A stretch of DNA of 61,310 nucleotides, filler included, from Candidatus Babelota bacterium (GCA_017999075.1; 13 parts of 13 records of this genome joined end to end with filler, not necessarily neighbours in it); one strand, 5' to 3'; positions 51,606-61,310 are shown, numbered from the whole stretch's first letter. The notes: a model not told the origin generated them from the sequence alone. Numbers and translations: made by a program.

Positions 51606-53879
51606 ATGAATAAAAATTTTATAATTGTTGAATCTCCAACCAAAGCTAAAACTCTGAACAAATTTTTAAAGGGTGAATACCTCATAGAAGCGTCTATGGG
51701 GCATATACGTGATTTACCTCTAAAAAGACTGGGTGTAAAAATAGAAGGCGATACTTTTGTTCCAGAATACGAATTATCCGTTCGCGGAAAAAAAATTGCC
51801 GATACGTTAAAACGCGAAGCTTCGAAATGCGATAAAATATTTCTTGCTACTGACCCTGACCGCGAAGGAGAAGCCATAGCATGGCATTTATATGAAATTT
51901 TAAAAAAAATAAATTCAAACATATTGAGGATAGAGTTTCATGAAATCACAAAAAAGGCAATTATCCATGCAATAGAAAATGCCTCCAGAATCAACATAGA
52001 CAGAGTTAATGCCCAGCAGGCGCGCAGAATTCTTGACCGGATTGTTGGTTATAAATTAAGTCCTCTTCTTTGGCAGATTATTTCAAAAGGTCTCAGTGCA
52101 GGAAGAGTTCAGTCAGTTGCTGTCCGAATTGTATGTGAAAGAGAAGAAGAAATACAGAATTTCAAACCAGAAGAATTCTGGAAAATAAAGGTATGGCTTC
52201 TGACAGAATCCAAGGATGCAATAGAATTCGAACTTGCAAAAATAGACAATAAAAAAGCAAAAATTTCAGATGAAACTTCTGCGGCAAAAATTTGCGAACA
52301 CCTTTTAAAATCAAACTATAAAGTAGACAAAATTTCACGGAGAAAACAAATTAAAAACCCTCTGCCTCCGCTTATTACAAGTAAAATTCAGCAAATGGCA
52401 TCTGCTAAATTTAATTATTCTCCAGACAGAACAATGAAAATCGCGCAGCAATTATATGAAGGAGTTCCTGTTTCAGATAATGAAGTAATGGGTTTGATCA
52501 CCTATATGAGAACTGATTCTATCAGAATTTCAGACGAAGCAAAACAAATGGCTGCAGATTTTATTAAAGATACTTTCGGAAACAAATATCTTCCGGTTAC
52601 AGAAAAAATTTTCAAACAAAAAAATTCTAATGTTCAGGATGCTCACGAAGCAATACGTCCAACCGACATATCTCAGACTCCTGAAAAATTAGAAAAATTT
52701 CTTTCAAAAGAACAGCATAAAATATACAAATTAATTTGGGACGTATTTGTTGCAAGTCAAATGAGACCTGCGGAATTCGATGTTACTACCATTCTTGTTT
52801 CAGCAGATAATAAATATCTTTTCACTGCAAAAGGAAGCATAATGGTATTTGACGGATTTTTAAAAGTATTCCAGCCGGATAGCCAAAAAGATATTATTTT
52901 GCCAAATATTAAAGATAATGAAAAATTATTGTTTGAAAAATTAGAAAAATCCCAGCATTTCACAAAGCCTCCTGCGCGTTACACAGAAGCTACTTTAGTA
53001 AAAGAGCTTGAAGATAAAGGAATCGGAAGACCTTCTACATACGCGAATATTGTGTCAACAATATTGAACAGAAAATATGTCATTAAAGAAAACAAAGTTT
53101 TAATTCCAACAGAACTTGGAAAAATAGTCAATAAATTTCTGGTGTCAAAATTCAATGATGTGGTGGAAATCGGATTTACCGCAGACATGGAATCAAAACT
53201 TGATAAAATCGAAAAAGAAAGTTATGACTGGCAGAAATTATTAAAAGAATTTTATATTAAGTTTGAAAACGATATATCAATTGCCGCGCGCAATATAAAA
53301 ATTTTAAAAAATGAAATCAGAGAAGAAACTGAACACAAATGTGAAAAATGCGGTTCAGTTATGCTTTTAAAATTCGGTTCAAAAGGAAAATTTCTTGCCT
53401 GTTCAAAATTTCCAGAATGCAAAAATACCAAACCGGTTGTAATTAAAGGTTCCGAAATTGAAATTCTTGAAGATAAAATTCTTGATGAGAAATGTCCTCA
53501 ATGCGGAAATAACCTTAAACTAAAAAATGGAAAATTCGGAAAATTCATAACATGTTCAAATTATCCGGAATGCAAATTCGCAAAAAATATCGACACAGGA
53601 ATTCCATGTCAAAAAGAAGGGTGTTCTGGAAAACTTGTAAAGCGGCAGATAAAAAAAGGAGCTTATAAAGGTAAACATTTTTATGGCTGTTCAAATTATC
53701 CAAAATGCAATTTCGCCGAATGGAAAGAACCGGTATTAAAAAAATGCCCAAAATGCCAAAATAAATATCTTGTAGTCAGTGCAAAATCAGAAGACGGGAT
53801 AAAATTAAAATGTCCTTTAACAACTTGCGATTATACCGAGATTATTGCTGAAAACGAATATCTCGAATTACAAAAATAA
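51606..53879 (+). CDS. topA: DNA topoisomerase I (type IA) with C-terminal zinc ribbons
   Basis: IVESPTKAKT, ASMGHIRDLP, ATDPDREGEAIAWH, SAGRVQS, LITYMRTDS, QDAHEAIRPT, GIGRPSTY and repeated CxxC...CS.(F/Y)P.C. Confidence 0.97.
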   Translation: MNKNFIIVESPTKAKTLNKFLKGEYLIEASMGHIRDLPLKRLGVKIEGDTFVPEYELSVRGKKIADTLKREASKCDKIFLATDPDREGEAIAWHLYEILKKINSNILRIEFHEITKKAIIHAIENASRINIDRVNAQQARRILDRIVGYKLSPLLWQIISKGLSAGRVQSVAVRIVCEREEEIQNFKPEEFWKIKVWLLTESKDAIEFELAKIDNKKAKISDETSAAKICEHLLKSNYKVDKISRRKQIKNPLPPLITSKIQQMASAKFNYSPDRTMKIAQQLYEGVPVSDNEVMGLITYMRTDSIRISDEAKQMAADFIKDTFGNKYLPVTEKIFKQKNSNVQDAHEAIRPTDISQTPEKLEKFLSKEQHKIYKLIWDVFVASQMRPAEFDVTTILVSADNKYLFTAKGSIMVFDGFLKVFQPDSQKDIILPNIKDNEKLLFEKLEKSQHFTKPPARYTEATLVKELEDKGIGRPSTYANIVSTILNRKYVIKENKVLIPTELGKIVNKFLVSKFNDVVEIGFTADMESKLDKIEKESYDWQKLLKEFYIKFENDISIAARNIKILKNEIREETEHKCEKCGSVMLLKFGSKGKFLACSKFPECKNTKPVVIKGSEIEILEDKILDEKCPQCGNNLKLKNGKFGKFITCSNYPECKFAKNIDTGIPCQKEGCSGKLVKRQIKKGAYKGKHFYGCSNYPKCNFAEWKEPVLKKCPKCQNKYLVVSAKSEDGIKLKCPLTTCDYTEIIAENEYLELQK

Positions 53880-53897
53880 AACTCAGGAAAAAAAATT

Positions 53898-54992
53898 ATG
53901 CTTGAATTAATAAATGTAAGTAAACTGTATGGAAACACCGCAGCAGTAAACAATGTTTCACTTACTATTGATACCGGAGAATTTTTCTGTTTGCTGGGTC
54001 CAAGCGGTTGCGGAAAAACCACGATTCTCAGAATGGTGGCAGGATTTGAAAATATTACTTCAGGAAAAATTCTGCTTGATGGCGAAGATATAGCCGGACT
54101 ACCGCCTTTCAAACGTAATGTAAATACGGTATTTCAAAATTACGCGTTATTTCCAAATTATAATGTTTACGATAATGTGGCTTACGGTTTAAAATTAAAA
54201 AAAATATCAAAATATGAAATATCAAAAACCGTCGAAGAAGGATTGGCTATGGTAGGATTAACAGGTTATGAAACCCGTATGCCTTCTCAGCTTTCAGGCG
54301 GGCAGCAGCAGAGAGTTGCACTTGCAAGAGCAATTGTAAATAAACCAAAAATTTTATTACTGGATGAACCATTAAGCGCTTTGGACAAAAAAATAGCGGA
54401 ACAAACCAGATTTGAACTTATATCTTTGCAGCGCAAGCTTGGGATAACTTTTATTTTTGTTACACATAATCAGCAGGAAGCTCTTACTTTGGCAGATAGA
54501 ATAGCTGTCATGAAAGATGGAAATCTGTTGCAATGCGATAATCCCCATACTCTTTATGAATCGCCAAAAAATTTTTTTACCGCAGATTTTATAGGTTCCA
54601 TGAATTTTTTCGAAGGAGAAATTTTAGATATTTCAGGTCAAAATTTTAAAATTAAATTATTTGATAAATTTATAATCAACCAAAATATAAAAGAAAAGAA
54701 AGATTTCAAAATAAAAGATAAAATTATTTTCGGGATAAGGCCTGAACAGTTAAAAATAGGGTTGCTTGAGCCTAAAGATTATGAAAATGGAATAGAAGGA
54801 ATAATTGAAAATCAGGTGTTCATCGGAGATACAACCAAATATATAATTAAACTCGAAAACAATTTCAAAATAAACGCAAATATATTAAATTATCTTGTAC
54901 TTGACTCAAAAGTTATGCCTTACGATATGAATGAACATATTTTTATAAGTTGGAGCAAAAATTCCGGAGTTATACTTGAAAACAAAAAATAA
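53898..54992 (+). CDS. potA: spermidine/putrescine ABC transporter ATP-binding protein
   Basis: GPSGCGKTT, RNVNTVFQNYALFP, LSGGQQQRVALARA, LLLDEPLSALD; followed by potB/C-like permeases. Confidence 0.9.
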   Translation: MLELINVSKLYGNTAAVNNVSLTIDTGEFFCLLGPSGCGKTTILRMVAGFENITSGKILLDGEDIAGLPPFKRNVNTVFQNYALFPNYNVYDNVAYGLKLKKISKYEISKTVEEGLAMVGLTGYETRMPSQLSGGQQQRVALARAIVNKPKILLLDEPLSALDKKIAEQTRFELISLQRKLGITFIFVTHNQQEALTLADRIAVMKDGNLLQCDNPHTLYESPKNFFTADFIGSMNFFEGEILDISGQNFKIKLFDKFIINQNIKEKKDFKIKDKIIFGIRPEQLKIGLLEPKDYENGIEGIIENQVFIGDTTKYIIKLENNFKINANILNYLVLDSKVMPYDMNEHIFISWSKNSGVILENKK

Positions 54993-55848
54993 AAAGAATC
55001 TGTTTGAACTATTTTTTTTATTATTTCCTTCATTCGGATGGCTTTTATTTTTCTTTTTAATACCTCTTTTAATTGTACTTGTTTACAGCTTTTGTTATAA
55101 GGGCACTTATGGAGGAGTAAAACCCGGATTTACTCTTGAACATTATAAAATGATGTTCAACTGGACATACATCAAAATTCTTATTAATTCATTAATATGC
55201 GCTTTTTCAGTAACAGGTATTACGATTTTAATTGGTTATCCTGTAGCTTATTTTATGGCATTTTCAAGCACACGGCTTAAATCGATTATTATGTTTTTTG
55301 TTATTCTTCCCTTCTGGACAAACTTCTTAATCAGGATGTATTCATTTATGCTAATACTCGGCAAAGATGGAATAATTAATAAAATACTTATTTGGACAGG
55401 AATAATCTCAGAGCCTATGCAATTGCTTAACACTACATTTTCCGTATATTTAGGATTTATATATTATAATCTTCCGTATATGATAATACCTATATTCGCA
55501 GCTCTCGACAAAATGGATATATCTCTGATAGAATCTTCAATGGACTTAGGAGCAGATAAAACAACAACTTTTTTTAAAATAACTTTACCTCAATCTATTC
55601 AGGGGATTGTGGCAGGAATTGTTTTTGTGTTTGTTCCTACTCTTGGAAATTATATTGTCCCGGATTTACTGGGTGGAAAAGATAATTATATAATAGGAAA
55701 CCTTATCACATTACAGTTTCAGCAAGGCCGCAACTGGCCTTTCGGATCAGTTTTATCTTCTGTTTTAATTTTTGTAGTAATGATTTTCATATCAATTTAC
55801 ATAAGATACTATAATCCTGGAAAAAATAAAAAAATGATTGAAGTTTAA
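54976..55848 (+). CDS. potB: spermidine/putrescine ABC transporter permease
   Basis: GYPVAY, LPFWTNFLIR, YYNLPYMI, ESSMDLGA, PDLLGG, RNWPFGS. Confidence 0.9.
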   Translation: MKTKNKKNLFELFFLLFPSFGWLLFFFLIPLLIVLVYSFCYKGTYGGVKPGFTLEHYKMMFNWTYIKILINSLICAFSVTGITILIGYPVAYFMAFSSTRLKSIIMFFVILPFWTNFLIRMYSFMLILGKDGIINKILIWTGIISEPMQLLNTTFSVYLGFIYYNLPYMIIPIFAALDKMDISLIESSMDLGADKTTTFFKITLPQSIQGIVAGIVFVFVPTLGNYIVPDLLGGKDNYIIGNLITLQFQQGRNWPFGSVLSSVLIFVVMIFISIYIRYYNPGKNKKMIEV

Positions 55849-55869
55849 CTTTAAAGCGGTATAATTATT

Positions 55870-57649
55870 ATGGGTGGATATATTTCTAAATCCAATGATT
55901 TGAAAATAGGCAAAGGAACATTTTTAAAAATATTAACTTTTGCAAATATATTATTTCTTTTATTTCCGCTGTTTTTGCTAGCTGCATTTTCTTTTAATTC
56001 TTCAAGATATTTAAACAATTGGGATAGTTTTTCTTTCAAATGGTATAAAAGTATTTTTCATGATGAAACATGGTTAATAAGTATAAAAAACTCAATTTTA
56101 ATCGCATTTGTAAATACTGTTGTATCTACTATTTTTGGAACTATGGGGGCTCTTGCTCTCGGAAAATATAATTTTAAAGGCAAACCTTTTTTTCAAAATC
56201 TGCTGTATATTCCGATCATTCTGCCTGAAATAATTTTTGCTATAGCATTACTTGTATTTTTCGTTATGTTAAATCTTCCATTAGGAATTATTACTATAAT
56301 TTGTTCTCACGTTACTTTCAGTATACCTTTTGTCATAATAATCGTGCTTACAAGAATCATAAACTTTGATTTAACTCTTGAAGAAGCCAGCCTGGATTTA
56401 GGCGCAAACAGATGGCAGACATTCAAAAATGTAATTTTACCAGGTATTTATCCGGCTATAATTTCAGCTGCTATATTCGCATTTACTTTAAGTTTCGACG
56501 ATTTCATTATAACATTTTTCACAGCAGGAACAGGAGTTTCAACTTTGCCTCTTAAAATATATTCAATGCTTACTAAAATCGGCATAACTCCTGTTATAAA
56601 CGCAGTTTCAACCATAATGATAACTATTACATTCCTTATACTGATTTTAATAACTGCATTTCAGAAAAACGAAAAAGCCGCTAAAATAGGATTAGTTATA
56701 GCGGCTATTTTTTCTTTAGCAATAATATCCGTCCTCTTTTACACCATATTCGCTCCAAAAAACAAAAATGTTTTGAATATTGCAAACTGGGGCGATTATA
56801 TGGATCAATCTATCATAAAAGATTTTGAAAATAAAACAGGAATTAAAGTTGTAGTTGATTTTTTCTCATCAAATGAAGAATTGCTTGCAAAAATGCAGAC
56901 AGGAGCAGCTGACTTTGATTTAGTGGTTACCAGCAATTATATGGTAGATATTATGGTTAAAGAAAAAATGCTTTCAGAAATAAATTATTCAGAAATTCCA
57001 AATTATAAATTTATAGATGACAGATTCAAAAAACTGCCTTATGATCCTACAGGAAAATATTACATCCCTTATACATACGGTTTTTCAGGAATAGGGTATA
57101 ATTCAAAACTCATAACTGAAGAACTTACCGGATGGGCTGATTTATGGAATGAAAAATATAAAGGCAAAATTTTAATGCTTGACGATATGACTGAAGTTTT
57201 TAGCGCTGCAATGCAGGTTGCAGGCAGTTCTATAACCAAAAAAGACAAAAAAGTTTTGCAGCAGGCGTTTGAATTATTGGTTAAACAAAAAAAAATAATT
57301 TTAAAATATGATTCGAGCACAAGTATAGATATGTTTTTCAGCGGAGAAGTCAATATAATTCAATCCTGGAGTGGAACAATTTTTAAATTATCATTAGAAA
57401 AACCGGAACTTAAATTTGTTCTTCCTAAAGAAGGGTCCATGCTGTTTGTGGATAATTTATGTCTTGCGGCCGCATCCAAAAATAAAAACAATGCTCAAAA
57501 ATTTTTAAATTTTTTAATGGAACCAGCTATATCTGCAAAAAATATGAATTATATTTTATATGCTATGCCTAATCCTGAAGCAATAAAATTACTTGACAAA
57601 AAAATTCAAAACAATAAGATAATTTTTCCTGATTTAAATGATTTATCAA
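55870..57649 (+). CDS. fused polyamine ABC permease (PotC) and substrate-binding domain (PotD); 3' truncated
   Basis: FSFN...FSFKWY, LEEASLDLGA, SFDDF, TLPLKIYS, then in frame LNIANWGDYM, SSNEELLAK, YYIPYTYG, PKEGS..VDN. Confidence 0.9.
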
Positions 57650-57749
57650 NNNNNNNNNNNNNNNNNNNNNNNNNNNNNNNNNNNNNNNNNNNNTTAATTA
57701 ATTAANNNNNNNNNNNNNNNNNNNNNNNNNNNNNNNNNNNNNNNNNNNN

Positions 57750-59039
57750 TTTATAGCCGGTTTGATTTCTATAGGGTATCATAAAGGTTTAAAATATGGA
57801 ATAGATTTTGCCGGCGGAGCTAATGTTATAGTGAAATTCAATGAACCTGTTACAATAGAAAAACTTAATGAAATCAGAGAATTGTTAAGTTCTAACAATA
57901 TCGAGGGAAATATTCAGGTATTTGGAAAACTCGGGTCAGAAGTGAACAAAGTTAAAATCTCGACTGGTTCTGATCCTCTTATAGAATCTAAGATAACAGG
58001 AATATTCCAAAAACATTTTGACAAAAATTTGCAGCAGGATACTTCAAAACTTGATATTAATCTGTTGAAAAGTTCTGTTCAAATATCAGAAAATCTGAAA
58101 AAAATATTTGTTGAATCAGCGGTTGAATCGATTTCTTCAGCAAGACCAATTAATGATTTGCAGGCGCTGACCGCTAAACTTAAAAAATATAATTTATCTG
58201 AAGACGAATTATCAAAAATTTTCATATTTACAGATGCAGGTATAAGCGATGTCAGAAAAAATGTCAATGCGCTTGATAATGCGGGATTGATAAATGTTTT
58301 TTCTGATATTTTTTCATCGGTTAAATTTATAGATTATTTCAATGCTGTTTCAGATAAAGCTGTGCAGCATATTGATAAACTCGGCGGGTTAGTTAAATCT
58401 GTTGATGAATTGAATACAATATTTGAATTTGATTCGGAATTGTTTTCAAAGTTTAAAAGCCAGTTTTCCACAAGTTCGTTTATCATCGAATCCGTAAGCA
58501 TGGTAGGACCGTCAATAGGAGCAGATTATAGAAAAAAAGGGCTGCTTGCAATAATAGTGTCTTTAATAGCGATACTGATATATATAGCTTGGAGATTTGA
58601 ATTTGAGTTTGCCGTAGGAGCTGTTATAGCTCTTGCCCACGATGTTCTGATAACCATAGGAATATTCTCTATTCTTGATAAAGAATTTAATACGCAAATC
58701 CTTGCCGCAATTCTTACTCTTGTCGGTTATTCGATAAACGATACTATAGTTGTTTACGACAGAATACGTGAAAATTTGAAAACAGGAATCAGCACGAATT
58801 TAGAAAATATAATGAATAAAAGCATTATAGAAACTTTATCCAGAACTATTATGACTTCATTAACTACTATAATAGCTGTAGCTGCAATTTATTATTTTGG
58901 CGGAGAAGTTACAAAAGATTTTTCGCTGGCTTTGCTTGTAGGAATAATAGTGGGAACATATTCATCTATATTTATCGCTAGTCCGGTTGTTATTATTTGG
59001 AAAAAACGGGAAATGCAAAAAGCTAAAGCCGGAAAATAA
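57750..59039 (+). CDS. secF: protein translocase subunit SecF with large periplasmic insertion (5' truncated)
   Basis: GIDFAGG, VGPSIG, YIAWRFE, ALAHD, GYSINDTIVVYDRIREN, TLSRTIMTS, GTYSSIFIASP. Confidence 0.94.
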   Translation, partial: FIAGLISIGYHKGLKYGIDFAGGANVIVKFNEPVTIEKLNEIRELLSSNNIEGNIQVFGKLGSEVNKVKISTGSDPLIESKITGIFQKHFDKNLQQDTSKLDINLLKSSVQISENLKKIFVESAVESISSARPINDLQALTAKLKKYNLSEDELSKIFIFTDAGISDVRKNVNALDNAGLINVFSDIFSSVKFIDYFNAVSDKAVQHIDKLGGLVKSVDELNTIFEFDSELFSKFKSQFSTSSFIIESVSMVGPSIGADYRKKGLLAIIVSLIAILIYIAWRFEFEFAVGAVIALAHDVLITIGIFSILDKEFNTQILAAILTLVGYSINDTIVVYDRIRENLKTGISTNLENIMNKSIIETLSRTIMTSLTTIIAVAAIYYFGGEVTKDFSLALLVGIIVGTYSSIFIASPVVIIWKKREMQKAKAGK

Positions 59040-59053
59040 GTTTTTAAAAATAT

Positions 59054-59779
59054 ATGACGTTGAAATATTCGTTCATACTTCCGACTTATAATGAAAAAGA
59101 TAATATTTTAGATGTCATTTCTGAAATAGAAAATAATTTTGAAAATTATGAAATTGTTGTAATAGACGATAATTCCCCCGATTTTACATGGAAGATTGTA
59201 AAAGAATATTCTGAAAAGGTTAATAATAAAAATATTAGAGTTATAGTTCCTGAAAAGCGGCTTGGTTTAACTGAAAGCATTAAACTTGGAATTAATTCGG
59301 TTTCAGGCGAGATCGCATTTTGGTTTGATATAGACGGAACTATGCGTCCTGCAATTTTTAAACCTTATCTTGATTTGTTTGACCGCGGCATTGACATGGT
59401 TTTTTTTAGCAGATATGTCGGCGATGGAAAAGATGCAAGAACTGAAAAACTGAGCGTTGTTCTAAGCATAATCATAAGTTATTTATGCAGAATGGTATTA
59501 TCTTCAAAATATAAAGATTATACTTCAGGATTTGTAGGCATAAAAGTCGATGCTGCAAAAAAAATAGAATTCGGCGGGGATTACGGAGAATATTTTATTG
59601 AACTGCTTTATAAATGCATTAAATCAAATTATAAAATAAAGGAAGTTCCGTACACCCTGAATTCGCGGGTTAAAGGAGAAACTAAAACAGCTCCTAATTT
59701 CAGCGTTCTGTTTAAACGCGGATTGAAATATTTATATACGGTTTTTAACCTGAGGTTAAATCTGTCTTGTAAACGATAG
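59054..59779 (+). CDS. family 2 glycosyltransferase, DPM1/polyprenol-phosphate mannose synthase-like
   Basis: ILPTYNEKDN, VIDDNSPDFT, DIDG (DxD), SRY, DYTSGF, EVPY...R..GETK. Confidence 0.85.
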   Translation: MTLKYSFILPTYNEKDNILDVISEIENNFENYEIVVIDDNSPDFTWKIVKEYSEKVNNKNIRVIVPEKRLGLTESIKLGINSVSGEIAFWFDIDGTMRPAIFKPYLDLFDRGIDMVFFSRYVGDGKDARTEKLSVVLSIIISYLCRMVLSSKYKDYTSGFVGIKVDAAKKIEFGGDYGEYFIELLYKCIKSNYKIKEVPYTLNSRVKGETKTAPNFSVLFKRGLKYLYTVFNLRLNLSCKR

Positions 59780-59780
59780 T

Positions 59781-60656
59781 TTAAAAATTATCAATTTTGA
59801 TGTTTGATAAAAATTTAAAATTAAAATTTTTTATTTTAATCGTTTTTAGAATATCAGGAATAATAAAAGGATTTGAAAGATTTTTTTGAGTAAGATATAT
59901 TGAAGAAATAAGATTTTCTGAACCTACCGGATCAAAATCGCAAACAGGACTTGATTTCAGATTATTTATTACATCTACACACACACCAATATTTGTTTTA
60001 ATAAATTTGTCAAAAATTTCATTTGTTAAAATATGTTTGTCAAATATTTTTTTTTCCATTGTTTTTGTTATGATTTTTGTGTTCTGCATTTTTATTATAT
60101 TGTAAAATAATGATTTTCTTAACGAAAAAGTTTTTTTATGCATTATATTTTTTTTCAGGAATTCGTCGTTGTTTTTATCGTGAGAATTTACTAATTGACT
60201 GGCAAAATTTCTATAGAATTCCGGCAATTTCATATCAAATAATAATTCCCAATAAATATGATTTAATGATAAGGTAAGTGATTTTTTTGAAAATAAATTG
60301 AATGGCACAAAAAAATTATGAGACACAACATCACTGCTCAAATGAGTTAAATAACCGAGAGCAAAAGCTTTTTCAGTATTAGTTTTTGCGTTTTTCAGAA
60401 TTTTAAATCCGGTATCCCAGTTGTGGCTATGATTTTTTTTAGGGAGCGAACCTTTTCCAACGAATATATCAGGGGCAATACACCCGTAAAGGAAATCATT
60501 TTGACCTGATGATAATAATTTTTTTACAGGGAGCGATACTATAAGAGATAAATGCGTTAATATATAAGATGTGAAAACAAGATGAGATGAAGGGCCCCAT
60601 GCAAAAGCATCATTAGTAATAAAAATGAAAAATATTGTTAAATATAATATAGACAT
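59781..60656 (-). CDS. zinc-dependent phospholipase C family protein (secreted)
   Basis: Signal peptide ending AFA, then WGPSSH (N-terminal Trp ligand), YGCIAPD, HSHNW, GYLTHLSSDVVSHN, HIYWE...D. Confidence 0.85.
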   Translation of the reverse strand: MSILYLTIFFIFITNDAFAWGPSSHLVFTSYILTHLSLIVSLPVKKLLSSGQNDFLYGCIAPDIFVGKGSLPKKNHSHNWDTGFKILKNAKTNTEKAFALGYLTHLSSDVVSHNFFVPFNLFSKKSLTLSLNHIYWELLFDMKLPEFYRNFASQLVNSHDKNNDEFLKKNIMHKKTFSLRKSLFYNIIKMQNTKIITKTMEKKIFDKHILTNEIFDKFIKTNIGVCVDVINNLKSSPVCDFDPVGSENLISSIYLTQKNLSNPFIIPDILKTIKIKNFNFKFLSNIKIDNF

Positions 60657-60673
60657 TTTGATATAATTAAATA

Positions 60674-61117
60674 TTAATACCTTTGTGATTTAAGTAGTTG
60701 CGTGGCTTCTCGCAATCGAGATGATAAAATTTTGAAAATTTTAAACGAAATTTCAGGATTATTGCGAACCATTTCTTTAAAATCTTCTTTTTCAAGAGAT
60801 AATAACTTTGAATCTGCAACGGTTTTTACTGTAAGAGATCTTGGTTCATCATCAAGTATTGACATTTCGCCAACAGGGTTTACAGGTATTATTACTGCTA
60901 CGACTTTTTCTTTATTTTCGATGTTTTTACTTAAAACAAGTTTTCCTTCAATAAGTATATACAACTTGTTCCCAGGTTCATTTTCTTTGAAAACCATACT
61001 TTTTTTTTCAAAATTTTCCAATTTTATTTTTTTGGACAGTGAATTCAAATCTTCGTTTGATAAATTTTCAAATAACGAAACTTTTTTAAGAAATTCAATA
61101 ATCTGTTCCTGTTTCAA
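60674..61117 (-). CDS. stand-alone cyclic nucleotide-binding domain protein
   Basis: LFENL, VFKENEPGNKLYILIEG, GEMSILDDEPRSLTV, LSSRLR; TTG start after a GGAG RBS; no HTH. Confidence 0.88.
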   Translation of the reverse strand: MKQEQIIEFLKKVSLFENLSNEDLNSLSKKIKLENFEKKSMVFKENEPGNKLYILIEGKLVLSKNIENKEKVVAVIIPVNPVGEMSILDDEPRSLTVKTVADSKLLSLEKEDFKEMVRNNPEISFKIFKILSSRLREATQLLKSQRY

Positions 61118-61142
61118 GTTTTTTCTCCAACCTATTATAAAA

Positions 61143-61310
61143 TTATAATCTGCCGCCTTCGTAAGATTTTGGAATTTCGGGTAACGCTATGTTTTTAGGT
61201 AAATTGCCGGATTCCGCAAATATATCTATTGATATACCTCCGCGCCTGTAGAAAAATGCCGATATTCTTATCCATTTAGGATTTATACAATTTATTATTC
61301 TGTCTATAAT
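61143..61310 (-). CDS. queF: preQ1 synthase (7-cyano-7-deazaguanine reductase), C-terminal fragment
   Basis: Manual translation IIDRIINCINPKWIRISAFFYRRGGISIDIFAESGNLPKNIALPEIPKSYEGGRL stop, with the QueF-type PKW.RI...RGGI.IDIF pattern. Confidence 0.85.
   Translation of the reverse strand: MIDRIINCINPKWIRISAFFYRRGGISIDIFAESGNLPKNIALPEIPKSYEGGRL

Noticed and set aside
3631..57749. Recurrent TTAATTAATTAA palindrome and ORFs ending in XXX...LIN or XXX...N
   Set aside because: Artificial all-frame-stop linker inside the N spacers; these ORF ends are contig truncations, not biology.
894..61148. Many short ORF-track entries antisense to or nested in long genes (e.g. 894-1112, 1460-1720, 4466-4786, 9343-9609, 31116-31502, 51488-51922, 60702-61148)
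   Set aside because: Shadow ORFs overlapping well-supported genes; F/I/L/S-rich antisense composition and no recognisable motifs.

Overview
This window is not one locus. It is a pseudo-scaffold of 13 contigs joined by 100-nt N spacers that carry a TTAATTAATTAA all-frame-stop linker. Contigs: 1-3630, 3731-7358, 7459-11086, 11187-14805, 14906-18516, 18617-22225, 22326-25925, 26026-29617, 29718-33305, 33406-36972, 37073-40638, 40739-57649, 57750-61310. Twelve are about 3.6 kb in descending length order, so adjacency across gaps means nothing. The source looks like a very AT-rich, flagellated, chemotactic, probably diderm bacterium (likely a MAG); taxonomy cannot be fixed from this sequence. Most content is housekeeping or transport: proS, gatA, pyrG fragment, dgt, maf, rsmG, a MalK-type ATPase, coaX, hisH, RND efflux, nifU-nifS, a flhA-flhF-flhG-X-fliA cluster, topA, potAB plus a potC-potD fusion, secF and a queF fragment. 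I recognised no rRNA, tRNA, CRISPR array or transposase. The most unusual items are: (i) an envelope cassette of a FecR lipoprotein fused to a GspG-like pseudopilin head, a LolA-like protein and an amidohydrolase lipoprotein; (ii) an 8-ligand zinc finger fused to a degenerate AAC(3)-fold protein; (iii) one contig that is entirely a giant phage-like protein; (iv) an Ig-repeat surface protein dense in D-S/T-hydrophobic motifs; (v) SecF with a large HhH-like insertion next to a DPM1-like glycosyltransferase; (vi) GTAG-REP-like 47-bp tandem hairpins overlapping the nifS stop; (vii) homopolymer frameshifts in hisH and a secreted esterase; (viii) a degenerate FlhG; (ix) an MCP with five 39-aa mini-HAMP repeats; (x) several promoters with 16-nt spacers. 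All family assignments come from motif recognition by eye, not database searches.
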